Origin: Nitrospira sp.
GTDB taxonomy: Bacteria > Nitrospirota > Nitrospiria > Nitrospirales > Nitrospiraceae
NCBI GenBank assembly: GCA_047150005.1
Contig: AP038806.1
Location: 2,336,001-2,400,000, forward strand
Length of the DNA: 64,000 bases
Reading direction: 5' to 3'
The translations under genes and the position numbers were made by a program. The notes beneath the pieces were generated by a model. That model saw only the letters and a program-made list of their open reading frames with translations. It did not search any database and was not told where the DNA came from. How positions within the stretch are numbered: the stretch's first letter is position 1; each line of letters starts with the position of its first letter. Shown piece by piece: positions 20,202-29,078 of this stretch.

Positions 20202-20260
20202 TTTTGAATTGTGAATGTTGAGGTGTTTTCCAATTCAACATTGAACATTCAACGTTCATC
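20202..20260. repeat. Inverted pair of short 7-mer tandem repeats
   Basis: TTTTGAA-TTGTGAA-TGTTGAG facing ATTCAAC-ATTGAAC-ATTCAAC-GTTCATC. Confidence 0.65.
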
Positions 20261-20280
20261 TTTCCACACCAAGGGTGGTT

Positions 20281-20904
20281 ATGAGTGAAGTAGTCAAGCT
20301 GCAGTTGATCGGTCTGAGCGTGGTCGGGGTGGGTATCGTCATCCTGCTTTTTGTCCGTGCTCAATTCGCCCGCGTCATCGGGTTCGTGGCGATCGTCCTC
20401 GGACTCTTCTCGCTGGTCGCGCTCGCCGTTCCCCAAATGGCCTCGCTGCCGCCCGCGGAAGAGAAATTCGACATCGCGACCGTCAAGACACCGACGGACA
20501 TGGCGGCCATCGGCCAGAAGATCTTCTTCAGCAAGGGGCAATGCGCGCTCTGCCACTCCATCGGTCCCAGCGAATCGGCCCGTTGCCCGGACCTCAAGGG
20601 GATCGGCGCCAAGCTGAGCAGGGAGTTCATCTTCGAGAGCCTGACGCAGCCGCAAGCTTACATTTACTTGGATTATCGGCATGAGGGCCTGCCGAAGGAG
20701 TATCCGGCGAGAATGCCCTATATCAACCGGAATCCCATTGGTCTGACAAAAAACGAGATCCTGTCCGTCATCGCATTTCTGCAGCAGATGAGCGGAGAAC
20801 CGATTTCCGTGAATCCGTCCGAACTCGAAGTGCCGGGACAGGCTCCCGCAGCTCCCGTCAAGGCTGGGGAATCGGATCCTGTCGCCGTCGCGAAAGCGCA
20901 CTGA
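20281..20904 (+). CDS. Membrane-anchored cytochrome c
   Basis: Two TM helices, CALCH followed by ARCPDL, ARMP. Confidence 0.88.
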   Translation: MSEVVKLQLIGLSVVGVGIVILLFVRAQFARVIGFVAIVLGLFSLVALAVPQMASLPPAEEKFDIATVKTPTDMAAIGQKIFFSKGQCALCHSIGPSESARCPDLKGIGAKLSREFIFESLTQPQAYIYLDYRHEGLPKEYPARMPYINRNPIGLTKNEILSVIAFLQQMSGEPISVNPSELEVPGQAPAAPVKAGESDPVAVAKAH

Positions 20905-20913
20905 GGAGGCATT

Positions 20914-21633
20914 ATGGGAGGCGCACTGGTCAAGCCAATCATCCTGCTGGTCGCTGTGTATCTAGTGCTGAAGCTCATCGTGCCCAACATTCCGGGCTCG
21001 GCTCCGCTTCCGTCCAGTCTCATTTTTCTCTATCTGATGCTGGTGAGTTCCGGGATCGTGATTTTTGCGACGCTCAGCGGAGAGTCGAAAGACTCGTTTT
21101 GGGGGCCGATCCAGCGGTTTCTGACCGGAGAGAACATCGGCGGGCTGCAGATGCTTCGCTACGGCATTCTCATTCTCTTTCCGCTCCTGGTCGGGTGGCA
21201 GACCTACGGCAGCACGGCGCCGAGCGATCAGCCGCCTGCCGAGAACCGGACGATTCACCCCGCTCCGCCCGGCGAATATACCGGCTTGTCGAACCCGGTT
21301 CCCAAGACTCCGGAAAACATCATGCAGGGTAAAGGTTTTTATGCGGCCTTCTGCTCCCCCTGTCACGGAGGACAATTCGACGGCAAAGGGCCGGCGGCCC
21401 GTGGCTTCAATCCGCCTCCGGCGAATTTTTCGGATCCGACGACGATCGCAATGTTGCAGGAGAGCTACCTGTTCTGGCGTATCAAGAAGGGCGGGGTGGG
21501 GCTTCCCATCGAAGGGATGCCCTGGAAGTCCGCCATGCCGCGCTGGGAAGTCGAGCTCCCGGACGAATGGATCTGGAAGATCATCATGGGCGAGTACGAC
21601 GGGGCGCATCAATCGCCTCGCACCTGGGAATAG
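20914..21633 (+). CDS. Membrane-anchored cytochrome c
   Basis: Three TM helices, CSPCH, SAMPRW; GAGGAGG RBS. Confidence 0.88.
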   Translation: MGGALVKPIILLVAVYLVLKLIVPNIPGSAPLPSSLIFLYLMLVSSGIVIFATLSGESKDSFWGPIQRFLTGENIGGLQMLRYGILILFPLLVGWQTYGSTAPSDQPPAENRTIHPAPPGEYTGLSNPVPKTPENIMQGKGFYAAFCSPCHGGQFDGKGPAARGFNPPPANFSDPTTIAMLQESYLFWRIKKGGVGLPIEGMPWKSAMPRWEVELPDEWIWKIIMGEYDGAHQSPRTWE

Positions 21634-21672
21634 ACCGGCGGCTGGTGCCGGCGGACGCGAAACGAGGACAGC

Positions 21673-22506
21673 ATGAAATCGGCAAAGCGGAAGACACAGT
21701 GGCACAAGGGCGAGGCGGCGCTGCTTGCGGCCGTCATGGTCCTGTGCAGCGCGACGGCGAGTCTCGCCCAGGAGAGCGTGGCGGTACGGGCTCCGATGGT
21801 CAAGGGCACGCTTCCGGCGGAAGATCCGGATTCAGCCCTCTGGAACAGCGCACCGGTTTCGCAATTCCCGATGTCTCCGCAGGTCCATTGGCAGAACCGC
21901 ATTCAGGAAGCGACGGTGAAAGACGTCAAGGTTCGCGCGCTGCACGATGGAACGCAGGTGGCGTTTCTCCTGGAATATGCCGATCCCACGCAGGATCCTG
22001 ACGACGCGGCTGCGCTGGAATTCATGGTCGGCGACAAAAAGGCGCACTTCGCGCACGGCCAGCCGATGGCTCAGGTCGAAGGAGGACCGGTCAACATCTG
22101 GTTCTGGAAGAACAAAGAGAACAAGGCCGTCGACATGAGCGCCATCGGATTCGGCACGTTGAAGGCGCAATCGCATCAGGACGTGAAGGGCAAGGGCGTC
22201 TATGCGAACGGCACCTGGAAGGTGGTCTTTTCCCGTCCGCTGGCGACCGAGCATCCCGACGAAGACACGCAGGTCAAGCCCGGCGAATTCATCAACATCG
22301 CGTTCGCCGTCTGGGACGGACAAAAGGACGCGGCCGGCGAATTGCGTGAGAAGGGGTCGCAGAAAGCCGTCTCGTCCTGGTGGTATTTCCGTGCCGAGCC
22401 GCCCGCCGACTATTCCGGCTATCTCTATGCGGCGATGGCCATCGCGCTGGCCGTCGGATTTCAATTCGTCCTGATCCGAAAACTCAAGAAAGGGCAGTCA
22501 GCATGA
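21673..22506 (+). CDS. Ethylbenzene dehydrogenase gamma / NxrC-like heme b (DOMON-type) protein
   Basis: Signal peptide, VRALHDG, DAAALEF, PVNIWFW, WKVVFSRPL, IAFAVWDG...KAVSSW, C-terminal TM helix. Confidence 0.82.
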   Translation: MKSAKRKTQWHKGEAALLAAVMVLCSATASLAQESVAVRAPMVKGTLPAEDPDSALWNSAPVSQFPMSPQVHWQNRIQEATVKDVKVRALHDGTQVAFLLEYADPTQDPDDAAALEFMVGDKKAHFAHGQPMAQVEGGPVNIWFWKNKENKAVDMSAIGFGTLKAQSHQDVKGKGVYANGTWKVVFSRPLATEHPDEDTQVKPGEFINIAFAVWDGQKDAAGELREKGSQKAVSSWWYFRAEPPADYSGYLYAAMAIALAVGFQFVLIRKLKKGQSA

Positions 22507-23519
22507 AGGCGGCAAGGCTGCAAGTCATGGGAGCGGTGGCCGGCCTGATGGGGGTCTGGGCTCTGGTGGCCGGCGGATGCGCAAGCGAGCAGCAGAAGAA
22601 AGGGCAGGAGCTCTATGCCCACTACTGCCTGCACTGCCACGGCGAACACGGCCGGCAGAACGAAGGCTTCAATTGGTCCTCCATGCCGGATCCCAAGCCC
22701 AAGGATCTGTCGAATAAATCCGAGATGGGAACCTTCAAGGACGAGGACATCTTCAATACCATTTCACGCGACATGAAGGATACGAGCCCGGGCGGCGACA
22801 AAATCGGTGACGACGAGTTCGCCGTCCCGACCATGCCGACGTTCAAGTACACGCTCTCGGAAGATGAAATCTGGGCCATCGTGGCCTACGTCCGCACCTT
22901 GCATGGCATGAAGCTGGAGTTCAAAGTCGAGGAACGCAAGAAGGAACTCGCAGACGCGTCACAGGCCGCGCAGTCCAAGTTCGATCAGGCCAAGCAGGAC
23001 TACGAAGCAGCCGAAAAGAAGGCGAGCGAGGAGGCTGAAAAGAAGAGCGCGCAGTTGAAGAAGGACGTGGATGTGGATGAATCGTCCTACGCGAAGGAAC
23101 AGGCGGCGATGGCCCAAGCCAAAAAGGATCTCGACGCCGCACAGGTCGCACTGAACAACTTTTCGACCAGACCCGGCAAGGGCGTCAACGTGCCGAGGCC
23201 GGACTTGACGGTGAAGCCTGATCAGGCCGCGAAGCTGGCGGAAGTCGGCAAGAACCTGTACGCGAACAAATACGGCTGCAACGGGTGCCACAGCCTTGCA
23301 GAAGAAGGCGGCAAAGTCGGCCCGGCATTGGATCGAGCGGGCTTCCGTCTCAACGGCACGTGGGTCTATCGCTGGGTGAAGAATCCGCAAGCCATGAAGC
23401 CGGAAACCAGAATGCCGGCATTGGGGTTGAGTGACGCGGATGCCAAGGCCGTGGTCATGTACCTCAATACGTTGCGTGCGCCGAAGGCCGAACCTCCGAG
23501 CGACAAGCCGGCCAGCTGA
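22503..23519 (+). CDS. Diheme cytochrome c, probable lipoprotein
   Basis: LVAGGC lipobox-like, CLHCH and CNGCH separated by a coiled coil; ATGA overlap with the previous gene. Confidence 0.88.
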   Translation: MKAARLQVMGAVAGLMGVWALVAGGCASEQQKKGQELYAHYCLHCHGEHGRQNEGFNWSSMPDPKPKDLSNKSEMGTFKDEDIFNTISRDMKDTSPGGDKIGDDEFAVPTMPTFKYTLSEDEIWAIVAYVRTLHGMKLEFKVEERKKELADASQAAQSKFDQAKQDYEAAEKKASEEAEKKSAQLKKDVDVDESSYAKEQAAMAQAKKDLDAAQVALNNFSTRPGKGVNVPRPDLTVKPDQAAKLAEVGKNLYANKYGCNGCHSLAEEGGKVGPALDRAGFRLNGTWVYRWVKNPQAMKPETRMPALGLSDADAKAVVMYLNTLRAPKAEPPSDKPAS

Positions 23520-23609
23520 GGCGACCGAAGACGCGAGAACCCTGGTTCGCCTCGCCCGGTTGTGTGCCGCCTGCCGGACGGCCGGTCTTGGCACCGGACG
23601 CGCACCTGC

Positions 23610-24539
23610 TCACCAGAGAAATCCTGCGAGCATTCCCACCAGAATTCCCGACCCGATCCACACGTGCCGATGAAACAGCGCGAAGGCTCGCGCGGGCGAG
23701 ACGGATCCCATCAGTTCCACAATCTGTACGGCGAAAAGGCCGGCGGCCATCGCGAGCGAGGCGTAATAGCTCCATCCGATCCCTGTACGCCGGCCGGCAA
23801 GCGCCAGGAAGCTCAACATCCCGCCGAGCGACGCGGCCACCGCGAGCCAGGTCCATCGGTCGAAGAACAGCGCGGAGGATTTCACTCCGACACGCCGATC
23901 GTCCTCTCGGTCCTGCAGCGCATAGACGGTATCGTAGCCGATCGCCCAACAGATCGTGGCGCCGAAGAGCAGCCATGCCGGGCTCTCGACTGTGCCGCGT
24001 GCAGCGGACCAGGCCATGATCGTCCCCCAGCCGAAGGCGACGCCCAGCATCGCTTGCGGAACATGGACGATCCGCTTGGCAAATGGATAGAGGGCGGCCA
24101 ACAGCACGGCGACGGGACTCAACAGGAGCGTCAGCGGATTGAGCGTCAGGACCAGAGCCAACGCCGCTCCGAGCAGGAGGGCGGCCAGCCAGCAGGCATG
24201 GCGGAAAGACAGTTCTCCGGAGGCCAACGGCCGGGACTTTGTCCTCGCCACCTCCCGATCGACGGTTCGATCCGCCAAGTCATTGAGCACGACCCCCGCG
24301 CTCCGCATCAGGAAGGAACCGGCCGAAAATATGAGGATCAAGCCCAGGGGAGGGAATCCGCGCGCGGCCAGGACGAGAGACCAGAGCGTCGGCAGCAGCA
24401 ACAACCATGTTCCCGTCTGGCTGTGCAGGCGGATGAGGCGGGCGACGGCGGACCACGAGAGCCGAGGCACCTGTCGTTCGGCACTCGGCCGGGGATGGGA
24501 GTCGGTCAAGGGAGTCATCCGTTCAGCCTGAGCCTTCAT
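23610..24539 (-). CDS. ubiA: 4-hydroxybenzoate polyprenyltransferase
   Basis: RSAGVVLNDLADRTVDREVARTKSRPLASG, YPFAKR, YDTVYALQDREDD...GVKSSA. Confidence 0.93.
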   Translation of the reverse strand: MKAQAERMTPLTDSHPRPSAERQVPRLSWSAVARLIRLHSQTGTWLLLLPTLWSLVLAARGFPPLGLILIFSAGSFLMRSAGVVLNDLADRTVDREVARTKSRPLASGELSFRHACWLAALLLGAALALVLTLNPLTLLLSPVAVLLAALYPFAKRIVHVPQAMLGVAFGWGTIMAWSAARGTVESPAWLLFGATICWAIGYDTVYALQDREDDRRVGVKSSALFFDRWTWLAVAASLGGMLSFLALAGRRTGIGWSYYASLAMAAGLFAVQIVELMGSVSPARAFALFHRHVWIGSGILVGMLAGFLW

Positions 24540-24653
24540 GAGAGCGATTCGACAAGCGTGTCCCGATCGAGGGGACCATAGCCGAGCAGTCTGAGCCTGT
24601 CAAATCACCGCGTCTGTTGTGCTCGAACAAGACTTTTCGGTATAACGACTATT

Positions 24654-26609
24654 GTGCGACTGGCGCAGAGAGAACCGTGGGTATCCCTCCCGCGCGCGAC
24701 CGGGCACGCACTGGCATGGCTCTCGCTGCTCTTCCTCACCTCCTGCGGTCTGTTCGCCTCCCGCGACGGTCTTGGATCCGGTTACTACCTCCCGCTCACC
24801 GTCCAGGTGAGAATGGCTCCGACGATCGCGGAGGCCCAGCTCTCCTATCAAGATGCCTGTAATGCCGCAAAAACGTTGCCTTTGGGCGACATGCTGACGA
24901 CGGCGATCAAGCGAAAGTCCGGGCGCGTGTTCGAGAAGGTCGTCTTCGACGAACAGTCGGCTGTGCCGGTGGACGGTTACGAGGATGTCTCGCTCGGACT
25001 GGCCAACGCGACCCTCAATGCCTATCGGAAGGCGAATAAATCCCACCCCGCGACGGTGGAGATCGGCCTCGACTTCGCGTTGACCACGGCGGACGGGACC
25101 GTACTCTACAACAAGAAATTGAAGAGTATCGGAAAAGGAGAAGTGGACACGACCGACACGTCTTGCGACGTCACCGGGTTGGATTCCGTCGCCCAGGAGG
25201 CCGTCAACAACGTCACCGACGGGATGGCGAAACAACTCGGGACATCGAGCAAGATCGCCGCCCTTGCCGACGCCAGAAAGGCCGGCACCGCGGCCTCCAC
25301 CGGATCTTCACCGGCCCGTTCTTCAGCCCCTCCCTCGCCGCTGGCGGCCACGGCAGGCCAGGCGGGGGCGGTCGCCGCGCAGTCTTCGGCACCGGCTGCG
25401 GCGGCCGCCCCGTCGAGTCCGGCCGCGGAGCCCGCGACCATCACGTTTCGGGCGATCATCCGCGATGAAAACCGCAACCAATTGCTCCACACAGGCGAGG
25501 CCCTTTCCGTCGAGATCGAGGTCAAGAACGAAGGACCGGGTGACGCCGCCGGCGTGGAGATTCTGGTCAGCGGCACGCCGGAGTTGATCGAGCAGATCCC
25601 CGGCGTCTTGGCGGTCGGCGAGCTTCCGGCCGGCGAGGTGAAGCGCATGTCGTTGGACGGGAAGATCGGAACGGTCAAAGAAGAAATCCAAGCCGAATTG
25701 GTGCTGACCATGCGAAGTCGTTCGTCGTCGGACCGGCTGCCGTCCGCGAAGAAGTTTGCGGTGGCCATGAAGCCGGACACGGCGTCGGAGGCGACGGCTG
25801 TGCCGGTGGACGTGGATCAGTTGCCCAAGCGGGTCGTCAAGATCAAACAGCCGAAGGCCGTCGGCATCGCAATCGGGATCGGTCAGTTCCGGGAAGACGG
25901 GCTTCAGCGGGTGAGGTATGCCGCGCATGACGCGGAGGTTGTGGCGGCCTACTGGCAGGGGGTCGTCGGCATTCCTTCGGATCGGGTGCGGCGGCTGACG
26001 GACTCGCACGCGCTGAAGGGGGATCTGACCGACGTCTTCGAAGATTGGCTTCCCAAGCAAGCGGACGCCGCCACGGTGGCGTACATCTACCTGTCCGGTC
26101 GCGGGGTAGTAGAAGCCTCGAACGGCGCCGTGTCGGTGGTCCCGTTCGACGGCACCCCGTCCTCTGCGGCGAGACTCTACTCCTTGAGGCGTCTGCACGA
26201 AGCGCTGGTGAAGTCGCCGATGCAGCGCGCCATCATCATACTCGATCTCTCGCTCGAACGAGTGGCGATGAAAGACGGGGTGGAGCCCGTGCCCCCGCTG
26301 TGGGAACAGACAGGCGAGGGTAAGGAACGAATCATGTGGATGGTGGGGAATCGCGCCGTTCAGGAGGCCCACCCCTATGATCTCGGACAACATGGGCTGT
26401 TTACCTATGAAATTCTGAAGGGGTTGGGAGGGGCGGCGGATATCGATCAGGACGGCACCGTACTCGCCGGAGAACTCTGCACCTATGCGAAGGGGCGAGT
26501 GTTCAAGTCAGCGCGGGAACGATTCGGGAACGAACAGGAGCCGCTCTGCATTCCGCCACCGGGACAAGGGGCGACAGTTCGCTTGCAGCCCGTTGCCAAA
26601 ATCAAATAG
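24654..26609 (+). CDS. Lipoprotein with Ig-like domain and C-terminal caspase-fold (C14) domain, catalytic dyad degenerate
   Basis: LTSC lipobox, Ala/Pro/Ser linker, AIGIGQF...YAAHDA, YLSGRG (for SGHG), ILDLS (for DAC), HGLFTYEILKGLGGAAD. Confidence 0.8.
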   Translation: MRLAQREPWVSLPRATGHALAWLSLLFLTSCGLFASRDGLGSGYYLPLTVQVRMAPTIAEAQLSYQDACNAAKTLPLGDMLTTAIKRKSGRVFEKVVFDEQSAVPVDGYEDVSLGLANATLNAYRKANKSHPATVEIGLDFALTTADGTVLYNKKLKSIGKGEVDTTDTSCDVTGLDSVAQEAVNNVTDGMAKQLGTSSKIAALADARKAGTAASTGSSPARSSAPPSPLAATAGQAGAVAAQSSAPAAAAAPSSPAAEPATITFRAIIRDENRNQLLHTGEALSVEIEVKNEGPGDAAGVEILVSGTPELIEQIPGVLAVGELPAGEVKRMSLDGKIGTVKEEIQAELVLTMRSRSSSDRLPSAKKFAVAMKPDTASEATAVPVDVDQLPKRVVKIKQPKAVGIAIGIGQFREDGLQRVRYAAHDAEVVAAYWQGVVGIPSDRVRRLTDSHALKGDLTDVFEDWLPKQADAATVAYIYLSGRGVVEASNGAVSVVPFDGTPSSAARLYSLRRLHEALVKSPMQRAIIILDLSLERVAMKDGVEPVPPLWEQTGEGKERIMWMVGNRAVQEAHPYDLGQHGLFTYEILKGLGGAADIDQDGTVLAGELCTYAKGRVFKSARERFGNEQEPLCIPPPGQGATVRLQPVAKIK

Positions 26610-26659
26610 CGGACACAAACCAGCTAGGTCACCGGCAGATGCAGCATCAGTGGCGCTGA

Positions 26660-28027
26660 TTATTGCTGATTGTGCTTGGGGATACCGCCGGAGCCCGGTT
26701 CGTGTTGTGCTTGGGACTGCCGATATGAATCGTGGGCCATCGAGATTGCCCGTTCGAACACGATGGTATTGTTCATCGAAGCAGCGAGCAGGAGCAAGGC
26801 TCCGAGCGCCAGAGCAACCGGTCGCGCAGGAGTGAGCGTGCCGGCTGCGGCAACGAGGATAAGGAAGGGCATGAAATGCAAGCCATAAAGAAAGGTCTCA
26901 TCGCCGTAGAAGATGTGCAACATCACCTGGCCGAGCAGCGTGAGCCCCAACATGACGCGAAATCGCGCATGCTCTTTCAGTTGAACCCACGCCCACACTC
27001 CCAGAAGGAGAAGCCCCACCCAGAGCGCGACGGCAAACAGTCCCCATCCGGATCCCGACCCCGCTGACGACCCCTGAATCGTCAAACGTGGCCCCAGGAG
27101 CACCTGATAGCCCTTCGCCCAGACATATGACGCCTGTTGACTGTGGGCGACAATGGTCGGCATGACGATCGAGTGAAGTAACGCGGCCCGTGCAACATGA
27201 AATGCCCCTCCCGACTCGGGAAGCAGGGTCCACCGGACTTCGTTCGAGACGTTCGGGAAGAAAAACGACCTTGAGGGAATCAAGGCCTTCTGGACCATCC
27301 ATAGCACCATCACAAGGCAAAATGAATACAGCATGAGCCGCACAACACGCTTCCAAGGGTATGTCACCCACAGAGCCAAGATTCCGGCCATCCAGTTGGT
27401 TGTCGTGACACTCATCGATAACGCATTTGCCGCGACGTACCAACCGGGAGCGGACGGCGTACATTCAGCCGATGCGACCAACAAGAAGGCGCATAACAGG
27501 CTGAGCGAACCCAAACCATATGTCTCGGGGATCACGAATATGAAGACCGAGGATGCGGTTACGGACGCCAGCATGGTGAAGAGCGCTGCATCCGGTCGCC
27601 GGCAGCCAATCAATCTCAATAACGCAAAGAAGACGGCGATCCACACCGACACAACCGCCGCGTTAAAGATCCTCACCGCCGTCATCGGGTCCAGGGAAAG
27701 CGCATGTTTGATGAGGTAGACCGGCCCGAACGTCAACAGCGGATAGAGCGGGTGCTTGCGGCTCCGGTTCCCGTAGTGAAATCTGGAGTCACGCGAGGTC
27801 ATGACCTGAGACACTTTTTCCGGGTCAGCCTGGAACCAATAATCATCGGTGTGCGCGATGAAAGCCGGCAGGGAGCCGGAAAGGTGATAGAGGGCGAATG
27901 CGATTCCCAAGCTCAAGACCAGCCCAAGACCTACGTCCTGCCAGTATGACGCGAGAACGCTTCGCCGTCCGACAGCGGAATCCGTCTCGTCCTTCAGCGC
28001 TGATGGAGCGCCATACAAGTCGTGCAT
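26660..28027 (-). CDS. Polytopic membrane protein, possibly GT-C glycosyltransferase-like
   Basis: About 10-11 hydrophobic segments; early loop DDYWFQAD...KHPLYPL; function inferred weakly. Confidence 0.65.
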   Translation of the reverse strand: MHDLYGAPSALKDETDSAVGRRSVLASYWQDVGLGLVLSLGIAFALYHLSGSLPAFIAHTDDYWFQADPEKVSQVMTSRDSRFHYGNRSRKHPLYPLLTFGPVYLIKHALSLDPMTAVRIFNAAVVSVWIAVFFALLRLIGCRRPDAALFTMLASVTASSVFIFVIPETYGLGSLSLLCAFLLVASAECTPSAPGWYVAANALSMSVTTTNWMAGILALWVTYPWKRVVRLMLYSFCLVMVLWMVQKALIPSRSFFFPNVSNEVRWTLLPESGGAFHVARAALLHSIVMPTIVAHSQQASYVWAKGYQVLLGPRLTIQGSSAGSGSGWGLFAVALWVGLLLLGVWAWVQLKEHARFRVMLGLTLLGQVMLHIFYGDETFLYGLHFMPFLILVAAAGTLTPARPVALALGALLLLAASMNNTIVFERAISMAHDSYRQSQAQHEPGSGGIPKHNQQ

Positions 28028-28140
28028 TGAATGTTCGTCACCTCGCTTGGTTAAGAATAGCCCACAGTTCGTGACGATCCTAATGAAAAGAGGTTCATAT
28101 TCGAATCATGACTTAAACCGAAATTGGGATCAAGATAGGG

Positions 28141-28170
28141 TTGACAGTGGGACTGCAACCGAATGAAAAT
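28141..28170 (+). promoter_or_regulatory. Putative tRNA-Thr promoter
   Basis: TTGACA-N18-GAAAAT, overlapped by an inverted repeat GACTGCA/TGCAGTC. Confidence 0.55.
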
Positions 28171-28178
28171 GCAGTCGC

Positions 28179-28254
28179 GCCGGCGTAGCTCAGTTGGTAG
28201 AGCAGCGGTTTCGTAAACCGCAGGTCGCCCGTTCAATCCGGGTCGCCGGCTCCA
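28179..28254 (+). tRNA. tRNA-Thr (CGT), island integration site
   Basis: GCCGGCG acceptor start, TAGCTCAGTTGGTAGAGC D-arm, GCGGT-TTCGTAA-ACCGC anticodon arm, GTTCAA T-loop, CCA. Confidence 0.97.
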
Positions 28255-28422
28255 TTACCTTCCATACCTTCCACGGAATTTCAGGCAGTTGCACGGATGG
28301 TCCGGTCTGTGGATTCCGTGGATAACTGCCTTCTGCTACCACTTTGCTACCGCGTATCCTGCTCCTCTTCCAATTGAGACCACCGCTACGACATGGTCCT
28401 GGCGTGGGCCAAGGAGGTGGCG

Positions 28423-28611
28423 ATGGCAGCCGAATCAGGGGAACCGATTGAACGCTGGACGGCCAAACGACGCATGGCATTGGTCGTGAGTATTCTGAAG
28501 GGTGAGACCTCGGTGGCCGAGGCGGCCCGGCAGCACGGCCTGACCGTGGCGGAGGTGGAGGCGTGGCGAGCGTCCCGGACCAGCGGAGGCCTACCGAATT
28601 CGCCCTGCTGA
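28423..28611 (+). pseudogene. IS3-family OrfA (HTH) remnant
   Basis: RWTAKRRMALVVSILKGETSVAEAARQHGLTVAEVEAWR then abrupt loss of similarity; AAGGAGG RBS; no OrfB; IR-like sequence near 28355-28385. Confidence 0.75.
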
Positions 28612-28679
28612 TCAGCCCAGGAACAAATCTCCGAGTGGAAATGTGTATTAATCAGGCCTTCCCTAGAAATTAAACCCAC

Positions 28680-28707
28680 TTGACTCATCAAAATATATTG
28701 ATATATT
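28680..28707 (+). promoter_or_regulatory. ars promoter with ArsR-type operator
   Basis: TTGACT-N16-TATATT overlapping the palindrome ATCAA-N6-TTGAT (28687-28702). Confidence 0.75.
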
Positions 28708-28714
28708 GTACAGC

Positions 28715-29029
28715 ATGCCGCTCGCGGGAACCGTTAAAGCCGTCTCGCTCTTTCACGCCTTATCCGACGAGACGCGCCTCGCGTTGTTGGAAGAGTTGAA
28801 GGATGGCGAGCGGTGCGTGTGCGAACTCACCGAGGCGATGAAGGCGGGCCAGTCGCGGCTGTCGTTCCATCTCAAGGTGCTCAAAGATGCCGGCCTGATT
28901 CTGGATCGCCGGGAGGGGCGGTGGATGTACTACGCGATCAATCCCGAGGCGATTGAGGAACTGGAGGAGCTGGTGAGGACGCTGAAGCGCGCGGCCCGGT
29001 CGGCTGGGTCTGGCCGTCGGTGCTGTTGA
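28715..29029 (+). CDS. arsR: ArsR family repressor
   Basis: FHALSDETRL, ERCVCEL As-binding motif, SRLSFHLKVL, C-terminal CC. Confidence 0.92.
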   Translation: MPLAGTVKAVSLFHALSDETRLALLEELKDGERCVCELTEAMKAGQSRLSFHLKVLKDAGLILDRREGRWMYYAINPEAIEELEELVRTLKRAARSAGSGRRCC

Positions 29030-29049
29030 GTCTTTTTTGGTTCTCATGC

Positions 29050-29065
29050 ATCAACATTTCTTGAT
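29050..29065 (+). promoter_or_regulatory. Second ArsR-type operator, before arsM
   Basis: ATCAA-CATTTC-TTGAT directly upstream of the GGAGG RBS. Confidence 0.7.
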
Positions 29066-29078
29066 TGGAGGTGCCTCC

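Noticed and set aside
23562..24581. 339-aa plus-strand ORF
   Set aside because: Antisense shadow of ubiA with no recognisable motifs
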